A stretch of 60,462 nt of DNA, counting the filler. It is 6 parts of 6 records of this genome, joined end to end, with 100 filler letters (N's around TTAATTAATTAA, not from the genome) between each part and the next. Parts side by side here need not be neighbours in the genome. Positions count along the whole stretch, not along the records: positions 1 to 12,012 come from SRR31156797_16107; positions 12,113 to 22,821 come from SRR31156797_16121; 4 more parts are not named here. The stretch is one strand, 5' to 3'. Positions 10,909 through 19,970 of this stretch are shown in pieces. Below the pieces are notes generated by a model. The model was not told the origin of the DNA and searched no databases. It saw only the letters and a program-made list of their open reading frames with translations. The position numbers were made by a program, and so were the translations under genes. Numbering within the stretch: position 1 is the stretch's first letter; every line of letters begins with the position of its first letter.

Positions 10909-11970
10909 CTACGGATAAATTCCGGGGTGCAGAAGCCCTTCGGTCTCGTCCATGCCGAACATGATGTTCATGTTTTGGACCGCACTCCCCGCCTGCCCTT
11001 TTACCAGGTTGTCAATCAAACTCACCACGATCAGTTTGCCGGTCCGTTCATCCACGTTCAGGGAAAGATTGCAAAAGTTACTGCCGCGAACATGGGTGCT
11101 CAACTGCGCTTTTTCGGGCCCGAAAACCCTCACGAAAGCTTCATCGCCGTAAAAGGAACCGTAGGCGGTTTCCACGGTTTCCATGGTCTGCCCCTCACTC
11201 AGTTGCGCGTATATGGTGGTTAGAATGCCCCGGCACAGGGGAACCACATGGGGCGTGAAGGTGATTCGAACATCCTGACCCGCCACCAGGCCCAGTTCCC
11301 GTTCAATCTCGTAGACATGCTGGTGCCCGGATATTCGGTAGGCGTTCATGGCATCATATCGCGCCGGATAGTGAAAGACCGCATTGGGTGTCTTTCCCGC
11401 GCCGGAGACACCGGTTTTTGCATCACAGATAATGGTGCCCGGATCAATGAGGCCGGATTTCATGGCAGGCGACAGCCCGAGGATGCAACTCACCGCAAAA
11501 CAGCCGGGATTGCCCACCAGACCGGATTCGGCAATCTCTTTCCGATGGAGTTCGGCGAGGCCGTAAACCGACCGGGTCAGGAGTTCCGGAGAGGCATGGG
11601 GCTTATTTCGCCCGATCCTCTCGGCATACCCCTTATAAACGTCAGGGTCATTAAAGCGAAAATCTCCGCTGTAATCAATAACTTTTACACCTTTCTTCAA
11701 CCAGCGATCAGCACCCTGCTGGCCAACGCCGTCCGGTGTGGAAAAGAAAACCACATCAAAATCGTCCGGACAGTTTGAATCGTCCGGATCCATGATCGCC
11801 ATGTCGCAAAAACCCGTGAGATGGGGGTAAAGATCGCTCATGGGTTTCCCCACGTCCTGTTTGTCCATGAGTGCCCGAATTTCCACGTGGGGATGGGCGC
11901 TTAACAGTTCCACGGCGCCACAGCCGCCGTACCCCCCTGCCCCGATAATACCTACCTTGATTTTGTCCAT
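10909..11970 (-). CDS. argC: N-acetyl-gamma-glutamyl-phosphate reductase
   Basis: GAGGYGG, DYSGDFR, GNPGCF, KTGVSGAG, DNLVKGQAGSAVQNMN. Confidence 0.92.
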   Translation of the reverse strand: MDKIKVGIIGAGGYGGCGAVELLSAHPHVEIRALMDKQDVGKPMSDLYPHLTGFCDMAIMDPDDSNCPDDFDVVFFSTPDGVGQQGADRWLKKGVKVIDYSGDFRFNDPDVYKGYAERIGRNKPHASPELLTRSVYGLAELHRKEIAESGLVGNPGCFAVSCILGLSPAMKSGLIDPGTIICDAKTGVSGAGKTPNAVFHYPARYDAMNAYRISGHQHVYEIERELGLVAGQDVRITFTPHVVPLCRGILTTIYAQLSEGQTMETVETAYGSFYGDEAFVRVFGPEKAQLSTHVRGSNFCNLSLNVDERTGKLIVVSLIDNLVKGQAGSAVQNMNIMFGMDETEGLLHPGIYP

Positions 11971-12012
11971 GAAATCCCTCGTTAGTGCCCATCCACAAAT
12001 GGCCAATTTGCC

Positions 12013-12112
12013 NNNNNNNNNNNNNNNNNNNNNNNNNNNNNNNNNNNNNNNNNNNNTTAATTAATTAANNNNNNNNNNNNNNNNNNNNNNNNNNNNNNNN
12101 NNNNNNNNNNNN
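12013..12112. other. Artificial contig spacer
   Basis: N44-TTAATTAATTAA-N44; base composition changes sharply across it. Confidence 0.99.
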
Positions 12113-12226
12113 TAAAGGATAATATATCATTGGTTTATCATAAATTGGTGTAATTTGTTTTGATATTGCTTTTGTAATAGGATATAAACGAGTACCGCTT
12201 CCTCCTGCTAAAATTATTCCCTTCAT
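12113..12226 (-). CDS. rfbA: Glucose-1-phosphate thymidylyltransferase, 5' part (truncated at contig end)
   Basis: Manual translation [38 protein letters not shown]. Confidence 0.93.
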
Positions 12227-12244
12227 AAAAAAATCAACTCCTCT

Positions 12245-13060
12245 CTATTTAAGATCGTATTTTTTTAAAACTTCTCTATTTATTTTTCTCCTATCATTAT
12301 CGAAAAACCATCCCCATTTATTAAAGTAATAAATAGCTGATTTGATATTATACCATAACAGCTTTCTATTTTTATAAGATCCTTTCTCAAATTTGTGAAA
12401 TATTTCTACTTCTGGGTAATATGTAGTTTTATATTTTTTATTAATTCTTCTACTTAAATCTGTATCTTCTAAATACATAAAAATCTTCTCATCAAATAGC
12501 CCTACATCATCAAAAATATTAGTTCTAATAAACATAAAACAACCTGAAAGAAAAGGTACTTCCGCTTCGGATGAATAATCAAAAAATTGCATTTCATATT
12601 TATAATCCATTTTTTTTATAAGTGATTTAATGGGAATAAATCTTCTTCCTATTAAATTTAATGGTGTCGGAAGTAATTTACAAAGCTTTTGAATCTCTCC
12701 ATTAAAATAATAAACTTTTGGCATCACTAATCCTACATCATCATTTTCATCCAAATATTTTGACAATTTCTCTATTGTGCCTTTATTAAAAGAAATATCG
12801 GGGTTTAATACCAAATGATAGGTACTTCCTTCTTCTATTGCTCTTTTTATTGCTCTATTATGTGCTGTTCCAAACCCTAAATTAGCATTATTATAAATAT
12901 ATTCAATTCGATTATCTGTACATAATTTTTCTATTTCTCTATTATATGAATTATCAGATATATATAATTTTATTTTAAAATTTGTATTTAGAAAACTGCT
13001 AATAGCAGCTTCCAAATCTTCAAAATTATTATGAAACGTTACTATTGATCCTGTTATCAT
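12245..13060 (-). CDS. GT2 glycosyltransferase, rhamnosyltransferase-like
   Basis: NLGFGTAHN, LVLNPD, SGCFM, FDEKIFMYLEDTDL. Confidence 0.85.
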   Translation of the reverse strand: MITGSIVTFHNNFEDLEAAISSFLNTNFKIKLYISDNSYNREIEKLCTDNRIEYIYNNANLGFGTAHNRAIKRAIEEGSTYHLVLNPDISFNKGTIEKLSKYLDENDDVGLVMPKVYYFNGEIQKLCKLLPTPLNLIGRRFIPIKSLIKKMDYKYEMQFFDYSSEAEVPFLSGCFMFIRTNIFDDVGLFDEKIFMYLEDTDLSRRINKKYKTTYYPEVEIFHKFEKGSYKNRKLLWYNIKSAIYYFNKWGWFFDNDRRKINREVLKKYDLK

Positions 13061-14152
13061 TTAATTCTCCTCTAATAATATTTGAAATAATTCTCTCCAA
13101 TTTCTGGTAAAATGATCTTCAATATTTTTTATTTTAGTATCTTCGAATACTAATTTACCTTCTAAATACTTTTCTATATTTTCTACTAAACTTCCAAAGT
13201 TATAGGGGTCAAAAAATGAAACTTTATTATAATTTCCTATTGTCTCTTTTGCATATTCTAAATCAGCTAAAAATATTGGCTTTTTAAATTCTTTATATTC
13301 TGTTATAGGCAATCCCCAAGTTTCCAATTTTGAAGGGAATATTAAAGCTTCTGAATTTTGATAATATTTAAACACTTCTTCTCTTGAAATTAATCCAATA
13401 AACTTTAAATTATTTAACATTCCATATTTTTGATATAAATATCTTGAATATTCATTTTCAGTCCCATTTATTGTTATTACAAAATCTATATTCCGAAAGT
13501 ATTTTGCAGTTTCACATATAATTTCAAAATTTTTAAAAACTCTAGGAAAAGCCGCATAAAAGAAAAATTTTTTATTTTTTTTTATCTTTAATACTTCTGA
13601 ATTTTTCTTTAATTCTACATTTGGATAAGCTACTATAATATTATCAATATTATATAATTTTTTAAACTCGTTTCTTAACCAGTCTTGTTGAACAATTACA
13701 AAATCATTTTTTTTTATATTAATCTTATAAAGATACTTATAAAATAAATTAAAAACTCTTAATTTTTTATCTAATTTTTTTTCTAAATTACTCATTTTAT
13801 AGAAAGCTGATGGATTATGACAATACACAGCTCTTTTTTCAGCTATAACATTAGGTGTTATATCATGCATCGATAACCATAAATAAGGTTTTAAGTCAAT
13901 TGACATTTTTTTAAAATATATATATTCATAATAAATTCTCTTAAACCAAGAATTCCTTGAATCTTTAAACTCTATATATTGAACATTGGCTATATCTTTA
14001 TAAAGTTCTTTGTCATGTACTAATGCTACTATTTTATATCTATTAATAAAATTTTTAGAGAGCTCCGTTAACGCATCTCTCATAACCGATAAAGGTCCTC
14101 CATTATTAAAATTAATTCCAGATAATACAATTACTTTCATATTTTTATCCAT
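13061..14152 (-). CDS. GT4 glycosyltransferase, WbbK-like
   Basis: NFNNGGPL, WLSMHDIT, VYCHNP, FPSKLETWGLPITE; strongly recalls E. coli O16 WbbK. Confidence 0.85.
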   Translation of the reverse strand: MDKNMKVIVLSGINFNNGGPLSVMRDALTELSKNFINRYKIVALVHDKELYKDIANVQYIEFKDSRNSWFKRIYYEYIYFKKMSIDLKPYLWLSMHDITPNVIAEKRAVYCHNPSAFYKMSNLEKKLDKKLRVFNLFYKYLYKINIKKNDFVIVQQDWLRNEFKKLYNIDNIIVAYPNVELKKNSEVLKIKKNKKFFFYAAFPRVFKNFEIICETAKYFRNIDFVITINGTENEYSRYLYQKYGMLNNLKFIGLISREEVFKYYQNSEALIFPSKLETWGLPITEYKEFKKPIFLADLEYAKETIGNYNKVSFFDPYNFGSLVENIEKYLEGKLVFEDTKIKNIEDHFTRNWRELFQILLEEN

Positions 14153-14727
14153 TCCTTTTTATCAAAATCATACCTTTTAATAACTTTTGCTGGGCTTCCT
14201 ACAGCTATAGAATATTCTGGTATATCTTTACTGACAACTGAATTAGATCCAATTATACTCCCTTTTCCTATTTTAACACCTGGTAAAACACTCACTAATT
14301 CCCCTATCCAAACATTATCTTCAATTACAACAGTCTTAAAAGATAAGTTCCTATCTTTTGGAATAGTATTTGGATGATCATGCTTATTTTCTTGTCCATA
14401 AAAACCATGATTATGATCTGTAATAAATACCCTACTTGCAATTAATACATTATTTCCTATTTTAACTGAATTTACTGCTCCAATATGTACATTATCATTA
14501 ATTTGACAATTTTCACCTATTTCTAAACAATAATTAATTTCCTTAGATATCGGAAATGCATCCAATCTACATCCGTATCCAGTAGTAAAACCTTTTCCCC
14601 ATCTAATATATTTTATACCCCTAGTATAAAATGGATGTCTTATTAATCTAGCATTTTTATATAAAATTTTGCTTAAAATTAAATTTAGAACTGTTTTTAT
14701 AAAATAAATTATTTCTATCTTCTTCAT
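14137..14727 (-). CDS. Hexapeptide-repeat O-acetyltransferase, WbbJ-like
   Basis: Left-handed beta-helix repeats, FITDHNHG, VWIGE, GSPAKVIK. Confidence 0.88.
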   Translation of the reverse strand: MKKIEIIYFIKTVLNLILSKILYKNARLIRHPFYTRGIKYIRWGKGFTTGYGCRLDAFPISKEINYCLEIGENCQINDNVHIGAVNSVKIGNNVLIASRVFITDHNHGFYGQENKHDHPNTIPKDRNLSFKTVVIEDNVWIGELVSVLPGVKIGKGSIIGSNSVVSKDIPEYSIAVGSPAKVIKRYDFDKKEWIKI

Positions 14728-14759
14728 TTTTCACCCTTAAATTAAAAATATTATTACCC

Positions 14760-14921
14760 ACATTGTCAAGTTAAATGCAACGTCTCTCCCAAAATTACTT
14801 CAAACAGAGTTACCCAACCTAAGCATTTCTTTGGCATTAAGTTTATCAGTTTTATCGCTTTACCTACTTCACTCTCAGTTAATTTTGAGAAGTTTGTTCC
14901 TTTGTGTAAATATCTTCTCCA
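14760..14921 (-). mobile_element. IS30-family remnant (transposase C-terminus and right end)
   Basis: RRYLHKGTNFSKLTESEV...INLMPKKCLGWVTLFEV...LHLT* resembles the IS30 C-terminal consensus RxYxPKGTDF...INxRPRKxLG. Confidence 0.75.
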
Positions 14922-15110
14922 TTTTTCAAATACTGAGAGACTTTTAGGAATAAATATAATCAATATTTCAGTAATTTCTTCAAGCATAAGAGTAGATAAG
15001 GGATAATATATCATTAGTTTATCATAAAATAACGTAATTTGTTTACTAATAGCTTTCGTTATAGAGGAAAGTCTTGTATCAATTCCATCCGCCAGTATAA
15101 TTCTTTTCAC
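14922..15110 (-). pseudogene. rfbA: Degenerate 5' fragment of rfbA, truncated by the IS30 remnant
   Basis: [42 protein letters not shown] is a decayed copy of the intact start at 12226. Confidence 0.85.
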
Positions 15111-15185
15111 TACATCCCCTCTTAAAACCAGATACTTATCGTCTATTATAAAAGTTAATTCTGCACTTTTTACAATGAGCGAACT

Positions 15186-16277
15186 TCAAAATAATTTCAA
15201 TTTTTTAATTTTTGATATACTATCAAAGTTAATTAGGTTTAATTGCTTTTGAAATTTTGTATCTATAATCGTAAAAACATAAGCAATAACAATGGTAATT
15301 GAAAGTGTTCCAATATAAGTAAATACTGATATTAGTCTCCATTCTGTGTTGCTTGAAAAAACATTTTTCATACTATACGCAAAAGATCGTTGTACTAAGT
15401 AGTGAACCACATAAATAGCATATGAAATTTTTCCTACTTTTAAAAAAATATTTTGTTTAAAAAATTTGGATAATAAAGGGATTCCTCCTAGAGCCAAAGA
15501 TAAAATCAATAAAGCCCAACCAACTCCTGAAATGAATTGATAATTGCGCACTAGATTCCACTTATACCCAATATAAAAAGTTGAAAAACAAATTATCCCT
15601 CCCCCTGTGCTCCCAAGGTAATTCGCTTTATTCTTAATAACTTTTTTTATTTCTTGTGATCTTGGATTATAATAGATATCAGATGCAAACATTCCAAGTA
15701 AAACATGATATAGATAAAGATTATTAGTATATAACGCAAAACAAATTAACATTAGGTACAAAAAGTGCCTATACTTAATTTGTTTAAACATAATTATAAT
15801 TAATGCTACGACCCATATACACCAAAATTGGTATCTTATTAACCATAGCGGCCCAATATAACTACTACCTCTCTTAAAAGTATCATAACACGCATCTCGC
15901 AAAACACGAGCAAAAGTTGTTTCCATCGGTAAATCAATAGAAGTATAGCGTATTAATATGATAGCAAGTACATTTCCTAATATTATCATTGGGAGAAACC
16001 TAAAATATCTTCTCATGCATATACCTATTATTTTTTTTGCATTCAGACAATACATTTTCCTAGTTACAAAAAAACTACTAACTACAAAAAAGAATGAAAC
16101 AGGAATGCCGCCTGAACTGATAAATGTTAAAGGGGTAGAGTATAAATTTTTTTCTTTTAATATTTCATGTATCCAAATAAAATATGCTGAAAAATAGTGT
16201 GCATTAAATACTGAGAGTGCCATTAATCCTCTTATACCTTGTATACTCTCTAAATTATTTTCTTTTTTGAGATTCAT
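15186..16277 (-). CDS. Membrane acyltransferase (Acyl_transf_3 / OafA-like)
   Basis: IRGLMALSVFNAH, FFFVVSSF, RRYFRF, GKISYAIYVVH; multiple TM segments. Confidence 0.85.
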   Translation of the reverse strand: MNLKKENNLESIQGIRGLMALSVFNAHYFSAYFIWIHEILKEKNLYSTPLTFISSGGIPVSFFFVVSSFFVTRKMYCLNAKKIIGICMRRYFRFLPMIILGNVLAIILIRYTSIDLPMETTFARVLRDACYDTFKRGSSYIGPLWLIRYQFWCIWVVALIIIMFKQIKYRHFLYLMLICFALYTNNLYLYHVLLGMFASDIYYNPRSQEIKKVIKNKANYLGSTGGGIICFSTFYIGYKWNLVRNYQFISGVGWALLILSLALGGIPLLSKFFKQNIFLKVGKISYAIYVVHYLVQRSFAYSMKNVFSSNTEWRLISVFTYIGTLSITIVIAYVFTIIDTKFQKQLNLINFDSISKIKKLKLF

Positions 16278-17428
16278 TATTGTAGGTCTATTTTTAAAAA
16301 ATCATCTAATTCAACAGGTGTTCCTAGTACATGAACTTTTTCAGTTGGAATATTGGATATATATATTTTCCCACCCTTTTTCAATAAAAAATCGTATAGT
16401 GGGGCAATATATTTTTCCCCTTTTACAACATTGTCTGGGTTAGAATAAAATTCAAAATAAAGTTCTGTGAATAATTGACACGTTTTAAAATAGTAAGCTC
16501 CAACTGTGCAATTATTAGAGATTCTTTCTTTTTCCTTGATTTCTATAACTTCTCCTGACTCAGAAGTTTTTACAAAACTCCAATGATTTCCTATCCCCTC
16601 AAAACAAGGAATAAAACCATCTCCATGTAATTCTTGACTGCTTAGGCCTCCTTGTTCAACATAGGTGTCTATATTATAAACAAACAAACTGTTTCCAGAA
16701 TTCCAGTATTTTGATGCTAGCATTGTGGTAGTTGCTTGCCCATCAGTTAAATAATCTAATACTATGATTTTATAGTTAGCTAACCCTAGTTTAGAACATT
16801 TTTCATGTATAAATTTTTCTACATCAACACTTTCATCTTTCATTGCAATAAAAATAAACTGACTTACAATATTTTTATAATCTTCCAAGCTTTGTAGTGA
16901 CCACTCAAACATACTTTTACCTTTTGCTTCTATCATATATTTAGGAACATCATAACCAGCATCTCTAAACCGACTGCCTTTTCCTCCCATCGTTATTACT
17001 ATTTCTAAGTTGTTAGGATTTGGCATAAGTTCCGTTAATCTAGAAGTATCACAAATTCCTTTCATTTCATCCAGTGAATTGTATATGAACTCATTTGGTC
17101 TAATTGTTCTATCATCAATGTAAAAACCTTTTTTGCCCGGCCAAGGCTTTCCATATATTACTTCATCATAGGGTATGTTCCATTTTTTTAGCCAATTAAT
17201 TAAAATAGGGGCTGTGTGCTTATTTATCCTACCAATTTTCCCCTCATGTGTTCTCATATTTCTAGCTGTAAAAAGTGCTATTTTAGCACCATTCTTCTTA
17301 TAATATCTTATTTTATCAACCATTTCTTTGTATGGAACTAAATCTTCATAAAGTTCGTTTTCGCCTTTTATTGGACAAATAGTTCCGTCTATATCAAAAA
17401 TAAAAGATACATCATTGTATTTTTGCAT
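16277..17428 (-). CDS. Fusion of an EcbF/BcbF-like HAD phosphatase and a sugar nucleotidyltransferase-like domain
   Basis: N-terminal FDIDGT, TARNM, YGKPW, YIDD; C-terminal ITMGGKGSRF, PKYMI, LGTP. Confidence 0.8.
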   Translation of the reverse strand: MQKYNDVSFIFDIDGTICPIKGENELYEDLVPYKEMVDKIRYYKKNGAKIALFTARNMRTHEGKIGRINKHTAPILINWLKKWNIPYDEVIYGKPWPGKKGFYIDDRTIRPNEFIYNSLDEMKGICDTSRLTELMPNPNNLEIVITMGGKGSRFRDAGYDVPKYMIEAKGKSMFEWSLQSLEDYKNIVSQFIFIAMKDESVDVEKFIHEKCSKLGLANYKIIVLDYLTDGQATTTMLASKYWNSGNSLFVYNIDTYVEQGGLSSQELHGDGFIPCFEGIGNHWSFVKTSESGEVIEIKEKERISNNCTVGAYYFKTCQLFTELYFEFYSNPDNVVKGEKYIAPLYDFLLKKGGKIYISNIPTEKVHVLGTPVELDDFLKIDLQ

Positions 17429-17429
17429 T

Positions 17430-19085
17430 TTATGCCTCCATTTTAATATCTATAATATCATCTAAAATTTCTACCCCTGTTCCCAACATAACTAATTGAT
17501 GTTCAAAACTCTCTGAATGTAACGGAATCATACTTAAAAATAATAAACTTTCTATTAGTCTAATTTCAACTATGTTTACCTCATTTATATTACTAAAAGA
17601 ATCTAGTAAGCAATCGAATAAATCAAAATTTTGTTTTTTTAATTTAAAATCAAAATCGATAGTATTTTTACTGATTTCATGCCTTAAATTAAATAAATCT
17701 TTTATAATATAATCATATTTCCCATCAATACTATGAAATAATTTTGCCAATTCATATCGAATATCCCCATAGATATCGTATGCTCCAAATTTTCCCCTTG
17801 GATCTATAAGTTTTACAAAGTTAAAGTTATCATCTGTTAAAATATTAGCAAAGCATAAATCACCGTGAATAATTTGAAGTTTATCAATATTACAAAGCAT
17901 TTTAGGAATGATATTTTCTAATTTTTTCATTATCTGATCTAAAGACTGATATTGAATTCCATTAACTGATATTGAGTCTCTAAAAAAACTAGTAAATCTT
18001 CCATCCGTTTTTAATTTTTCTAACCTCGTAATGGTTTTATTTAGATACATCTCAACCAAGGCATCATTGATTTTTTCATCATTCAAAGTATATTTAGAAA
18101 AATCATCTACGATAAACTTGATTCTATTAAAAATTTTTGTCCATTGCTTATAGTCTAGATCGCCGTAAAGGTACAGTTCATGAAGAGTATGATATGAATA
18201 ATATTCCATATTCACATAAGGTTTTGTATATTCTAATGAATAATCAAAAATTCTAGGACTGACGTATTCTAATTCTGTCGGTAATTTAAGATACCACTTT
18301 ATTTCACCAATAAACTTATCAACATCTATACTTTCTTTTTTCAGTACTCCCCTTTCTTTGTCAATGGTTATATTATTAAAATCTCTAGCTTTTACCTGAA
18401 TTAATGATTCATAATATTTTTCAATATGACCTATATCATTCCAGCTATTAGTATATATAAAATCAAATTTATGAAGTTTACTATATTCCATTAAAGCAAT
18501 ATAAAATGAATCTATTTCTGATTTTCTACCAATTGCATTTTCAAGACACAATATAAAATCCTCAATATATTTAATAATAAATGTCCCGATAAATAATTTT
18601 CTTAGTTCATTCTGGTCTAGTTTTTCTGTCTTTTTATCTTTTACCTCTTCAATTATACCATTACTTTCAGTAAAAAATGTCCATTTATTACTTTGGTAAT
18701 CTTTAGAGTATAAAATTATATCATTTTCAATTATTTTTTTTGTATCCATAACTAAAGTGTCTCCAAAATTTAGCAAAACGGGATTGGAGTTTAATGTCCG
18801 AATTTTTTTTAGTCCATAAAGTATACTGTAACCTAAATCATATATTTCATCTAATTTTAATACTTTTACGGAATTAGTTTTGTAGGTCTCCACTCTCTCT
18901 TTTATCATATCAAATTTTTCATAAGAAACAATAAATGTTTTATCTATAATCTCTTTATATTCTTCTAAAATAATATCCAAAACAATTCTATCATTAATCG
19001 GGTATATTACTGCTGGTATATCACCGATATTACTTAATCTATTCGATATTACTTTAGCACTTGGAATTAATAAGTTCATTTTCAA
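17430..19085 (-). CDS. Capsule biosynthesis protein: degenerate nucleotidyltransferase N-terminus plus APH/choline-kinase-like C-terminus (BcbE-like)
   Basis: FGDT and WNDIGH in the N-terminus; HGDLCFANI, LIDPRG and GDIRYELAKL in the kinase domain. Confidence 0.78.
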   Translation of the reverse strand: MKMNLLIPSAKVISNRLSNIGDIPAVIYPINDRIVLDIILEEYKEIIDKTFIVSYEKFDMIKERVETYKTNSVKVLKLDEIYDLGYSILYGLKKIRTLNSNPVLLNFGDTLVMDTKKIIENDIILYSKDYQSNKWTFFTESNGIIEEVKDKKTEKLDQNELRKLFIGTFIIKYIEDFILCLENAIGRKSEIDSFYIALMEYSKLHKFDFIYTNSWNDIGHIEKYYESLIQVKARDFNNITIDKERGVLKKESIDVDKFIGEIKWYLKLPTELEYVSPRIFDYSLEYTKPYVNMEYYSYHTLHELYLYGDLDYKQWTKIFNRIKFIVDDFSKYTLNDEKINDALVEMYLNKTITRLEKLKTDGRFTSFFRDSISVNGIQYQSLDQIMKKLENIIPKMLCNIDKLQIIHGDLCFANILTDDNFNFVKLIDPRGKFGAYDIYGDIRYELAKLFHSIDGKYDYIIKDLFNLRHEISKNTIDFDFKLKKQNFDLFDCLLDSFSNINEVNIVEIRLIESLLFLSMIPLHSESFEHQLVMLGTGVEILDDIIDIKMEA

Positions 19086-19101
19086 ATTTCCTTTCTTAAA
19101 G

Positions 19102-19969
19102 CTATAGATTATTACTAGTTAAAAGAAGCGACTTTTTCAATATAACATTCTTCATATATTTGGATACAGTGTTTAAAGCAATTGCAGTTATTAGTGTAAC
19201 CAACCATATTAAAAAATACTTAAAAATTGCATTCATATCCAAATTAAGTATTGAATAAGCTCCTTTAATATAAAGCATATGAGTTATATATATCAAAGCT
19301 TAATTTATCAATCATATCTAATATTCTTTTTTCTACTTCAGTATTTATTTTTATATACTCCAATCCGAAAATAAATAATAAAACCAAAGTAAAAAATGAA
19401 TAAATAGTTAAAATGTATTTATTTACATTTTTTTCAATTATTGTTAAGTAATAATATCCAAAAACATAAGACATAAAATAAATACCAAAAAGATAACTAT
19501 TAATTGAAAAAAACGAAAATACCAAAATTTATAATTATTAATAAAAAAGTACCTTTTGAGGTTTTATAGCTTTTTTTTATATCAAATAATATAGGAGTTA
19601 CTAAATAACAAGTAAGAATCATTGGGGTATACCAGGAATGGTTCGGACCACTCACAACACCTGACATAGTTATTAATTTTACACTATTTATTATTAGTTC
19701 GCTTAAACTCCAAATTTTAAAAATAAAAAAAATTATTAAAATAAATATTAAGTAAATATAATAGTTTAATAAAATTCTATAATATTTCTTACGAAAAAAT
19801 ATCTAGAACCATTTTTCTCAAAACTCAGATTTGAAGTAAGATAACCTGATATAAGTAAAGAAAGAATAACTCCAACACTAAGGAAATCTCTAAAAACAAC
19901 ATAACCAATACTTTCGAAGAAATGACATGATATTATAAACATTAAGGCTATAAATCATAAACTACTAAT
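19102..19969 (-). pseudogene. Frameshifted Acyl_transf_3 acyltransferase pseudogene
   Basis: Fragments in different frames with stops: FIALMFIISCH, GVILSLLISGY, HSWYTPMILTCYLVTP, KLSFDIY/IYITH. Confidence 0.7.
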
Positions 19970-19970
19970 A

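Noticed and set aside
14766..15110. Intact 114-aa nucleotidyltransferase
   Set aside because: The GGxGTR motif is broken and the C-terminus derives from IS30; it is a chimeric pseudogene.
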